Assembly: GCA_964188305.1 (NCBI GenBank)
Contig: OZ076885.1
Origin: Podarcis bocagei
Taxonomy: Eukaryota
DNA: 64,000 nt
Direction: 5' to 3' (one strand)
This document shows, piece after piece, positions 51,880-62,069 of the stretch (positions are counted from its first letter, which is position 1; each line of letters begins with the position of its first letter). The position numbers and the translations under genes were made by a program. The notes under the pieces are model-generated. The model searched no databases and was not told the origin of the DNA. It was given only the letters and a program-made list of their open reading frames with translations.

Positions 51880-51951
51880 CTCGGCTGCCTGCACACTGGG
51901 GATGGTGCTTCCACTTTGGAGTGACACTCAGGTCTTCCTTGATGGCGATGG
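51880..51951 (+). CDS. SSH3: SSH3 exon 5 (SAACTLGMVLPLWSDTQVFLDGDG)
   Basis: cag|c...gg|gtaaga. Confidence 0.95.
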
Positions 51952-52814
51952 GTAAGAGACAGACCTAACCCCACCAGGCACCCACAATGCTCCATGTAAT
52001 TGTAATCCTCATATAAGCTCTGTGCTTTGCAAACAAACTAGGATACTCAAACAGACTGAGATAGTGAGAGGCCATTTTTTTGGTGTGTGTTTATTTTTCT
52101 CCTCGCCCAGTTTCACCAACACTGCCTGCTCTCTCATCTGACTTGAAAATGGTCTCCACAGACTACAAACCACTTACGTCCTGAATAGCTACGGGAGAGT
52201 TTGTGTTTTTTGCTGTCTCTCCCTCCAGTATTAAATGGAAACCAACCATTCTTTTTTGCATGGTCTCTCTTTCTTAAAAAGTCTCCTTGAGAGCCTGCCC
52301 CATGCTGTGTCTCATCTTATGGTTGTTGTTGTTAATAATAGCCATGTAGCACCACTAATGTGCACAGCTTTATTTCAGTGAGTCATTCTTGTGTTTAGTT
52401 CCATGATGGAAGAGGACTAGGGTATGTGTGTTCATGCCAAACTTTTCACAGGAAAGGTATGTTTTGAAGGAAATCCAAGAAGGTCTACTTCACACAGGTT
52501 TCCTGGAGAACAGTTCTAGGCATAAGGGGCAAAAGGGGGTAAAAGGCAGAGTCATCTGAGTTAGCAGGAGAGCTTCAGGCAGTTGAAGGTGGTTGAGCTT
52601 GAGGTACAAAGGCCTTGAGTGGCCATATTTGGGGATAAAAGAGCAAAGAGATGGACTTCTGGGCCTTAATTAGCCGTGTTTAGGGAAGTTTTTAATGTTT
52701 GATGTTTTATTCTGTTTTGAATCTGATGAGAGCTGCCCAGATTGGCTGGGGAAACCCAGCCGGATGGGAGGGGCATAAATAAATGATGATGATGATTATG
52801 ATGATAACAAAATT

Positions 52815-53015
52815 TAAAAAATCCTTCCAGTAGCACCAGTAGCACCTTAGAGACCAGTAGCACCTTCAGATACATTGAGTGTATCTGCAGAAGTGTGCAT
52901 ACACATGAAAGCTCATACCAATAACAAACTTAGTTGGTCTCTAAGGTGCTACTGGAAGGATTTTTTTTATTTTGTTTCCACTATGACAGATCAACATGCC
53001 TACCTACCTATAACT
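52815..53015. mobile_element. Penelope-like element relic with inverted terminal repeat and degenerate hammerhead
   Basis: Inverted arms 'atccttccagtagcacc...ttagagacca' / 'tggtctctaaggtgctactggaaggat' enclosing GTAT-CTGCAGA-stem-GAAAGCTC-ATAC. Confidence 0.65.
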
Positions 53016-53958
53016 AGATGATGATGATGATGGAGGTCTAACTAGGGTTCAGGGCCAACCCAATGTATTTTGGGGGTTCAGGCAAAAAAAAAAAAAAACA
53101 TAAATCCAAATTGTACCTTCCAAAAAAAAAAATAGATAAATAAAAAGCAGACACTTTTCCACCCTTCAGTGCATTTGCCATTTCAAAAAAATCAGAACTC
53201 CTCAAACAGGACACTGGTCAGTCACTAAACCACAACTGCAAGCAATCAGACTTTCAGGTTTCCTTGTCCAGAAGGGAAATCAATAGCTCCCTGAAAACTC
53301 CAGGCTAGTTTACACTGCATAGTCAGGAAAGTCACAGGAGCATTCCAACAGCTGAGGGGCAAACCCACAATGCAGGCCTCGTCATAATACCGCACATAAA
53401 ATACAACCGTCTGTTTAACTTCCAGAGTTACACAGATACTGCTTTGCAACTTACTTTTCTGGCTCCCCGCCCCCTCCTGAGGAAAAGTAATCACAGTCTA
53501 AACTCAGTGGGGCCTGACAACTGGCCTGGTCTCAGTCGAGTTGTTAGAATTTTCCATATTTAACTTGTCCCCTGCAGAAAACTTTATGGTTAGAATGAGA
53601 GAAAAATAATTTATTTGCTGAGGCTGAGAATTTTTAGAAGGATTAAGCAGTGCAGAAGAAGCATACCTAAAATATTGACTTCAGCTGGCGCCATCCTTTC
53701 TAGAATGCGTACATTAAGGTTGTTGCCATTGCACAAGGCAAGAAGCAACACTATCCTGACTTTTAGATCTCAAGAGCAGAAAAGGATCAGATTCTCTTTT
53801 TTGCTTACAAATGGAACCTGGCACCATAGAAGATCTCAAACTAGTTTCACAACTGTGCCAAGTACTGCATTGTTATTTGCCTCTTTCCGTATACCTGCAT
53901 CTCAGGTGGAGCGCTCCCAAGTTACTTGTGACACTGCTCTCCCCTTCTCTTTCCCCAG

Positions 53959-54024
53959 GGGCTTCAGTGTGACGTCTGGTGGGCAGACCCGTATCTTTAA
54001 GCCCATTTCAGTCCAGACCATGTG
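53959..54024 (+). CDS. SSH3: SSH3 exon 6 (GFSVTSGGQTRIFKPISVQTMW)
   Basis: cag|g...tg|gtaagc. Confidence 0.95.
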
Positions 54025-54248
54025 GTAAGCAAGGCTGTCAGGTAGGGTGAAAAGCGCAAGGACATGTGTGGGAAAGGATGAATGTGGGGAACAAGGATAT
54101 AGTTGCCACTATTGCTTTGGGTAGGCTGGGAGAGGGGCATTATGGAGGAAAAAGGGAAGAGAGATGTGCATTTCTCTGATGGCAGTGGTAGCCTTCAGAG
54201 GATTTTTTTAGCGCATCTCTGATGTCTGATTGTCATCTCTGCTCTCAG

Positions 54249-54443
54249 GTCAGCGCTGCAAGTGCTGCACAAGGCATGCAGCGAAGCTGTCTGCAACAAC
54301 CATTTCCCAGGAGGCAGTGCGTTGAGCTGGACCGAGTGGTATCAGAAGGCTGTGAACTCGGAGCAGAGCTGCATTAATGAATGGCTAGCCATGTCCGACT
54401 TGGAATCTGTGCGGCCCACTTCTCCTGCAGCCTTCTCTGACCA
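54249..54443 (+). CDS. SSH3: SSH3 exon 7 (SALQVLHKAC...SPAAFSDQ)
   Basis: cag|g...ca|gtcagt. Confidence 0.92.
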
Positions 54444-55140
54444 GTCAGTGATGGCCCTTCCCCTCCTAGGGCTGGTTATAGGCTGTGAATGATGTAGTCA
54501 GCAGAGCTGCAGTGGTTCCAAGGTGGAACTCGATACCATGCAGTAGTCCAAAGCACAGACATTTCAGGTGGCCCTGCTAGCCAGTTTTAGGGACTACTGT
54601 GCAGAAAGTTCTTCTACAGGTCATGAAAGGGAAGGGTCCTTGTTTTTGTTTTTTTGTAATAATGAGGGAGGGAGGGAGATGCTGATCAGAGACACAGATC
54701 AGAGCAGAAGCCCACCCCCAGTTCAGGTCACGTAGCATCACTTTTTGTGGTGCACTGGAGTGGAGTGGTTTGGGTACCAAACTAGTACTTGAGAGAGACC
54801 CAGGTTAACATTCTTACCCAGCCATTGAGTTCACATGGTGATATTGGGTCAGTCAGAGCCTAACCTACCTCACAGCAACTTGTGAGGATAAAATTGAGGT
54901 GTGTGGGGGGGGGAGTAATAAATAAGGCCCTCAGAGGAAGCTCAGGATATACATGCAATAAATGAACGAGCACATTTACAAATGCGTAAAAGCTATCTAG
55001 GGAAATGCAAAGCTTTGGCATGGTGTCAAGATTTGTAACCCTACTGCCAATGGGGGAGGGATTCTCTAGGTGTGTCATGGTGTCTGGGGCAGAGTCTGGC
55101 GAGCCAAGAGCTTTGCCGACCCTCCGTCTCTGTGCCTCAG

Positions 55141-55234
55141 GCCGACAGCACAGGAGATGACAGAGCGGATGATCCGGGCCAAGCTGCGTGAGGTGATGGC
55201 CACCACTGACCTGGAGAACATCACCTCCAAGGAG
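55141..55234 (+). CDS. SSH3: SSH3 exon 8 (PTAQEMTERMIRAKLREVMATTDLENITSKE)
   Basis: cag|g...gag|gtggga; DEK-C domain. Confidence 0.93.
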
Positions 55235-55501
55235 GTGGGATGTTGGGCCAAGGGGGTGAGGGAGGAGGGGCCGGGGGAGAGAGAATGTGAGGGAATGGAG
55301 ACGTGGGGGGGGGTGTGAGAGAGAGAGGGGGTATGGGAGCAAGATATGTAAAACGGACTGGGAAGGGAATGTGGGAAAGCAGGGTTATGTATAGGGGTTG
55401 GAGTGATGGGTGAGGGACAGGGAATGGGCATGTCATTAAAAAGCAGCCAGGCTCAAAAGGGACCTCAGGCACTCACAAGCTCCCTCCCTCTCTTCCTGCA
55501 G

Positions 55502-55630
55502 ATCCGTACAGAACTGGAGCGGAGAGCCGGTCGGAGCCTGAACGACTATAAGGAGTTTATTGACAATGAAATGCTTCTCATTATGGCTCAGATGGATCGG
55601 CCCTCCAGGATTTTTGACTATCTCTACTTG
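55502..55630 (+). CDS. SSH3: SSH3 exon 9 (IRTELERR...SRIFDYLYL)
   Basis: cag|atc...ttg|gtgagg. Confidence 0.95.
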
Positions 55631-56400
55631 GTGAGGAAGTACAGGAAAGGGATCCATGATGCCAGCAGACTGGAGCTCCAGGCCCCTAAAAATGGCAGTC
55701 CCTCCTCTCAAGAGTCCTCAAAATTATTTCCTGGAATGGCAGGAAGATGGAAGTCTTGCCGTTATTTTGAGGCCTCCAGGCTTTGCCTTCCCTTCCACCA
55801 TAAAAGGAAGCAAAGCCCCCTGTAAAGCCTCTCCCTTTTACTACCTACAGGGCCTTCTTGAGAGATAGCATGGGGCAGCAGATTTATATTCTTTACTTCA
55901 TACAAAGTTGAAAATCACAGCAAGCAGCTAAGGCTGCAATCCTAAATGGATGGTTTGCACTGAAAAGGCTCCATCTTTGGTGGCCATCAGTCTAGCCTCA
56001 ACAGGTGGTGGAACATACAGAACAGCCTTGGAAGCTGACCTAAGAAACTGGACAGGCACTATTAAATTAGTATACCGCCCTATACCTGTAGGTCTCAGGG
56101 CGGTTCACGGTTACTCCCTCACATAAAAATCACAACCAAGCACTTGATCAGGAAGATGACTCTCTGCTATCTTTCTACATGCTGGCAATTTTTCTGTTGG
56201 GTGCATATTCAAAACCTCAGTTCCTTCACCTGCCCAGTCTGCAGTGGTATAAGCTAGGAGGGACTCTACCACATGATTTGGCCAAATGTGTTCGGTTTTG
56301 AGTATTTAATGAGCATTTGCAGGATGGCTGAATGTTTGTGAACTATTTGCACTCACCTGGGACTGAGCTCTGTGAATGGTGTTGTTCCTTTTTGTCCCAG

Positions 56401-56447
56401 GGCTCTGAATGGAATGCAGCCAACTTTGAGGAGCTTCAGAGGAACAG
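56401..56447 (+). CDS. SSH3: SSH3 exon 10 (GSEWNAANFEELQRNR)
   Basis: cag|ggc...ag|gtatgt. Confidence 0.95.
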
Positions 56448-56743
56448 GTATGTCACCAAAAGATGCTGCTCGGAGAGCAAAACTAGTACCTTCGGGAACT
56501 TCATCTGATCTGGATTCCTTGGACACTGAGATGACCATTTGACACACCTCTCCGTGTAAATTTGCCTTCTAGTCAGAAGGGATTTCTACTATGCATTCCA
56601 ACCCGACTCTGAGATACTGAGCAACTGCAGTGGGGGATGTTTAGGAAATGGGACATGGTTTAGTTAGTTGAGGCCATGCTAAAAACATGGTGAAAAAAAG
56701 CTGCTCACATTCTCTGTTGATTACTCCTTGCCTTGCCTTACAG

Positions 56744-56890
56744 GGTCAGCCACATCCTTAATGTCACCCGTGAGATCGACAACTTCTTCCCAGAGCACTT
56801 TACGTACATGAATGTCCGGCTCTACGATGAGGAAACCTCACAGCTGCTGCCACACTGGAAGGAAACCTACAACTTCATTTCAGCTGCCTG
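56744..56890 (+). CDS. SSH3: SSH3 exon 11 (VSHILNVTREIDNFFPEHF...YNFISAAW)
   Basis: cag|g...tg|gtgaga. Confidence 0.95.
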
Positions 56891-58047
56891 GTGAGAAGTG
56901 GACACCAAAATGGTAGTTGCGATTTCAGCTGCAGCACTCATGTATTGCAAGCTTGGCTTACCAACATGGTCCCCATCTAGTCAACGGGATTGCAGGCACA
57001 GAAATGGGCTTTTCAGTGGGAATCCAAGGGCTGAGGTGGAAGAGGAGGGCTCTTGTCACAAAAAGCCCCCACCTCCCTGAATGAAATGTCAGCTGTTGTT
57101 TGAGAGGACCTGTGATACCAGGTAGGACTGTCAGCCCATTCTCTCCTTTCACCCCAGAATATTTTGCAGGTGAGAATTTGGCACAGCCCATGATGATGAT
57201 GATCCCATCAGACTGGGTTGCCCCAATGCACCCTCTGCTTCATTAAGAAGTACAATGCCATCAGTTCCTAGCTTTTGATCTCTGTCAGATTTGACACAGC
57301 CAGTTACTCGTTTGGAAGAGCAAGCAGCTGAATCCAGCCATCTCCTCCCATATTGGAGGATTCATAGCTCAGAGCTACAATCACCACTGCTGGAAACAAT
57401 ATCTGGAAATTCCCATTGTTGCCTTAGCTCATCATTCAGGAAACTGTGACCCCCCTCTACATGATGTTGGACTGCAACTCCCATCAGCATGGCTAATGGC
57501 CAGGAATGATGGGGGTTAAGACTTCAACACCATACGGAGGGGCAGAAGTTCCCCATCCTTGCCCTAGCTATATCTCTGCTTCATTTATTTTTATTACTAC
57601 ATTTATATATCACCTTTCCTCCAAAGATCTCAGGGTAGCACATACTGTTTTCCTTTCCCCCAGTTTATCTTCACAACGACCCTGTGAGGTAGGTTAGGCT
57701 AAGAGATGGTGACTGGCCACAGCGAGCTTGCTTCCTGGCCAAGTGGGGACTTAAACCCTGGTCTCCCAGGTCCTAGTCCACCACTCTAACCACTACACCA
57801 CACTGGCTGTTGAACAACCATTATGTTTTCCAAGCAGCAAGGATAGTCAGTCACTTGGATTCATCATGATCACAGCACAGTGGCCTTAGCATAATATACC
57901 TAATCTGTGCCTTGGCAAGTGTTGAGTTAGGCCAAGAAGCTGGGGTATCCTACTCTTGGCTGAGGGTACAGCAACTGGATGCTGAACTTCCTGACTGTCC
58001 TGGGTGATGTTGTAGCCTTGCTTATAGCAAATATTCATTCCCCACAG

Positions 58048-58248
58048 GGCACAAGGCTCTCGGGTGTTGGTGCACTGCAAGATGGGCGTGAGCCGCTCTG
58101 GCTCCACAGTGATTGCATATGCCATGAAGGAGTATGGGTGGTCACTTGAGCAGGCCCTTTCTCATGTACGGGAACGACGCCCAATTGTCCACCCCAATCC
58201 AGGATTCATGAGACAGCTGGAGCTTTATCAGGGCATTCTGGACGCAAG
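58048..58248 (+). CDS. SSH3: SSH3 exon 12, catalytic motif ([20 protein letters not shown]...GILDAS)
   Basis: cag|g...ag|gtaaac; HCx5R. Confidence 0.96.
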
Positions 58249-58648
58249 GTAAACCCAAGGGGAGGGAGTGCAGGTCTGGTCACTGTGTATGTATGTGGGG
58301 AGGGCAAGGGAGACTGATGGGAGCTGCAGCTGACCAGCCTGATCAGACCACAGCAGAAGGCTTTGTTGTTATTGTCCAAGGACCAAACTACATGTTACAT
58401 GCAACAGCATGATTATCCTCTTAGACTGGAAAATCTACTTTCAGTGTGGCTATTGGGATCAGAGAAGATCTCCCTTTCCTGGGATTCTAAGCACCTGTGT
58501 GCAAAGGCAAACAGGAAATATTCCGTGTGGAAAAAAATGATGGGGGTGCCAAAGAGTGGCAAGGAAAAGATCCGGCATCCATGCCAACTGCTCCATTTCC
58601 AACTTCCACTCCAGAGCACTTCTTCCAGTTAAAAAGGGCTGTTTCGTA

Positions 58649-58890
58649 CAGTGGTACCTCGGGTTAAGTACTTAATTCGTTCCGGAGGTCCGTACTTAAC
58701 CTGAAACTGTTCTTAACCTGAAGCACCACTTTAGCTAATGGGGCCTCCCGCTGCTGCTGTGCCACCGTAGCACGATTTCTGTTCTCATCCTGAAGCACAG
58801 TTCTTAACTTGAAGCACTATTTCTGGGTTAGTGGAGTCTGTACCCTGAAGCGTATGTAACCTGAAGCGTATGTAACCTGAGGTACCACCG
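58649..58890. mobile_element. Tc1/mariner MITE, same family as 10310-10543 in opposite orientation
   Basis: TA|CAGTGGTACCTC ... GAGGTACCACCG|TA; body is the reverse complement of the 10310 copy. Confidence 0.88.
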
Positions 58891-59121
58891 TATTGCTATG
58901 CACACAATATTTAATCTTAAACAGGGAGGCACTGATAGCAAAGTTGTCCCACACTAATAGTGCAGCAAAAATTAAATAGACATTGTGATTATCTTTAATA
59001 TGTGTAATTAATGCTTCTCACTGTAACTGACCGGATTCAAAGTCCATTCTTTATTTGGCTCTTTATTTAGCATTCCTTGCTGAATAATCTCTTACATTGT
59101 TCACCTCATGTTACTACGCAG

Positions 59122-59557
59122 CCGACACAGCAGCCTATGGGAACAAAAGGCAGGAGATGCCCACTCAGAAGGTTCTCCAGATATAAGTGATGCCAGCAGT
59201 GATCCTTCAGGAAGCCCATACTATGAGACTTTAAGCTCAGAAGAAGAACCAGAGGAGCCAGTGACAACCCCCCAGTATTGCTTTCGTCCTTTGCGGGAAC
59301 CTCCTGAAGAACCTCACCATCCGGTGGACCTTCCTGATAGTCCCAGGCTCAGTCTTCAGGCCACAGAAGAACCTGGGGCATCGGATGACTCTGGAGCTGA
59401 GGAAGTGCGAAGACACCTGGCTACGATGAGAGTGCCAGAGAAGCCAGCCACGCTCAGACGGGAACGCATCAATCTCTATGCTGTCATGCGCAGCATCAGT
59501 GAAATGGACAGCCCAGAACGCCACATCTCTGTACCAGAGTGTGCTGCTGAGGAAGAG
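59122..59557 (+). CDS. SSH3: SSH3 exon 13 (RHSSLWEQK...AAEEE)
   Basis: cag|c...gag|gtaaga. Confidence 0.92.
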
Positions 59558-59781
59558 GTAAGAGGGTCATGTAAGGGCATGCTTCCAGAGAGAGGCAAGT
59601 GGAAAGAGTAAGGGAACTTATAATGGAGCCTCAAGGCATACAGGGGAAACAAAAATGGCAATGGATAAATCAGTGGATCTGAAACCTCAGCTAATGCGAA
59701 GATGAATGGTAGAGGCAGGATGAAGGAAAACCCTTTGTAATTGCTGGCCCTCATTCAATCTACCTCTTCTTCCTCCAACAG

Positions 59782-60285
59782 GTATTTCTTCATGATGAAA
59801 AGAAGAAGACTGTGACCTTTGAGCCATTTCCCCGAAATGAAGAGAATTCAGGGTCAGGAACAGACTCTACAGCAAAGGCGCCACTGCCAGAGGAAGAGGA
59901 GGCTCAGGGTCGCAGGGCCAGGCGACGCGGGCGGAGGGCTCACCGGGGACGTCGCCATGTTTGCAAGCAGCTTTCATACTACCCGGCACCAGGCAGGGTG
60001 CGCAAAGTTGTCCAGCGCATGGAGGGCCCTGTCCCATTTGGCCGCAGGCCCGCCTTACAACACCGGCTCTCTGTGGCTCAGCTGGCTGATGCTGCCCTGG
60101 TGGTGAGCCGGGCCAAGGAGTTTGAGGGACACACAGATCCCGAAGGACCAGACAAGCTCCGGTCCCCTTCTCCTCAGGAATCCAAACCTGAGGAAAGCAC
60201 TGCCCTCTGTTCTTCCTTGCCCTGCTCCCGGTCCCGGCGGATGGTTCGCCAGGCCAGCGTAGACATGGACCCCAACTCAGGGTGA
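59782..60285 (+). CDS. SSH3: SSH3 exon 14 (VFLHDEKK...RQASVDMDPNSG*)
   Basis: cag|gta; stop TGA ends at 60285. Confidence 0.92.
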   Translation, partial: VFLHDEKKKTVTFEPFPRNEENSGSGTDSTAKAPLPEEEEAQGRRARRRGRRAHRGRRHVCKQLSYYPAPGRVRKVVQRMEGPVPFGRRPALQHRLSVAQLADAALVVSRAKEFEGHTDPEGPDKLRSPSPQESKPEESTALCSSLPCSRSRRMVRQASVDMDPNSG

Positions 60286-60958
60286 AACCCTTGCTGTGGC
60301 ATTTCTCCCTTTCTTCTGTTCATAAGTGGAGTGATAAATGGAGCCCTGAAGGCCAAACAGGTTCACTTCCTATTGTTGGGGGTTTCTTTCCTCTGCCTGA
60401 AGCACTATTGGCAGCTGGTGTGGGAAGTGGCAATTTAAAGCTGCCTGGGAGAAGGGCAGGAAAGAGGAGGGAGACCATCCCTTTAAGAGACTATAGTGCT
60501 TCACAGGCTCTCCATCTCTTTCCATAGCTATGGAACTGCACTGGGGGCAACCAGCGCTCTTGTGGGGCTCTGTCCAACCACTTATTTCAGACCTCTAAAT
60601 GGCCTTGAAGACTGCACAGCTCCAAGATTTATACTGCAGGGCACTTCTGCTTCTTCCTTCAACTCACTTTTGATAACACTACCCTTTGTTAAAGCCGCGG
60701 GGGTCCCTGTGGCCTCCCAAGATGTCGCTGGGCTCTTAACTATCTCCAGCCGTGCCAGCATGGTGAATGGTCAGAGATGATGAGAGTAGTAGTCCAGCAC
60801 ATGAGGAGGGCTCTGGGCTCCCCACATCCCTACTTTATGAGGTGGGGCCAGGGAAGTAGTATCTCACTGTGATCCTAACCGGGGAAGAAACGGCCCCTGT
60901 TTACTTTTGCACACACATACACAACCACTGTGCCATTGCCAGCTTCACTTTGCTTGGG

Positions 60959-60964
60959 AATAAA
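60959..60964 (+). terminator. Probable SSH3 polyadenylation signal AATAAA
   Basis: AATAAA followed by a U/GU-rich downstream element. Confidence 0.7.
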
Positions 60965-61259
60965 AAAGTTGGTTAACTTTCCACTTGCTTGAACTCTGGT
61001 CTTGTCCTTTTCTTTGAAATGTGTGTCCTAATGCTTGGGACCTAATCTGTGACCACAAACTCGCCTACCTGAGGGAGGGAAACGGGGGACAGTTTTTCCT
61101 CTGGCTAGACTACTCAGTATCCACACACCTGTGGGGCTCTGTTAAAGACAGTGTGGCTGCATGGTAATAGCTGGTCATTTTAGCCACTGGCCATTTGCGT
61201 TAGGGAACAACGGGTCAATAAAGCATCCCACAACATAGGGCTGTTTGCAGAATCAGTTT

Positions 61260-61570
61260 TCCGTGGGCCCCTCGATCGTGCGGTGAGCTGAGTTTTACCT
61301 ATGCAGAATGAGGGCGCAGCTCACCATGTGACCAGTAGGTAGAGTGTGCAGACAGCAAAGCACATGGTCACACGCGCCCCAACTTCTCCAAGCGCTGACG
61401 AATCCCAGGGAGAATTGGCGAGCCTGGTTTCATTACATGTAAGCATCAGAACCTCTAGCGGAGGGTGGGGAGAAACTACAGTTACCAGCAACCCTTTCGG
61501 TCCGCTTCCTGCTTGCGCCATGGCGTCGTTGCGTAATTTTACGTCGCCGCCATCTCATGCCTGCTAAAAA
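61260..61570. promoter_or_regulatory. Small CpG-rich promoter-like motif cluster between SSH3 and the Mondo-like gene
   Basis: ZNF143-like AACTACAGTTACCAGCA (61474), ETS CGCTTCCTG (61503), YY1-like CGCCATGGCG (61516) and GCCGCCATCT (61546), bZIP TTGCGTAA (61529). Confidence 0.55.
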
Positions 61571-62069
61571 GAACAGAGCTAGGAACTTAATAGAGTAGCT
61601 TGTCTCATTGTCATATGGGGAAGCTGGATGTATATTTTTTTTTTGTCTCCAGCTGAAAGCGAGAGCTGCCCTTGGTAATTGACGGTGAGACTCAAGATTT
61701 CAGCGTAGTTATTTACTGAGAAGCAGAACCAGAAAGTATTCAGAGAGACAGCAGCTGATGTCAGGCCTTACTTCGCGTGGAAATGAGTGCCCTGCCACTG
61801 CTAGTACAGTCCAATATCACAGAGGAGCACGGCTTTCAGCAGCCTTGCAATGTAGAGTCACTGAATGAAGGGTGGAAGCAGGGCTTAGGCTGCCTTAAAT
61901 TTCCAGGCCAAAGTCCACCAGATAAAACATGTCTCGGGTTTCAGTATCAGTGGCATGTTATTTGGTATGTGCCCCTATCAGCTGCACTCCAGAAAAGTTG
62001 CGCACAGAAGTCCTACGTTTACTTACTTGTAGGCAGAAGAGTTGCACTGTTAAATGTTAAAGCAAGTCT

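Larger units (their letters stand above)
40278..60285 (+). other. SSH3: SSH3 (protein phosphatase Slingshot homolog 3) gene, complete coding span: 14 exons, 2304 nt, 767 aa
   Basis: MALVTV start, SSH-N domain, DEK-C domain, DSP domain with HCKMGVSRS; SSH3-type C-terminal motifs RINL.AVMRSIS and RRMVRQASV; syntenic with ANKRD13D. Confidence 0.95.

Noticed and set aside
61361-61376. Paired E-boxes CACATG-gtca-CACGCG as a ChoRE autoregulating the Mondo-like gene
   Set aside because: Spacing is 4 bp, whereas ChoREs need 5 bp; the lone CACGTG at 63353 has no partner either.
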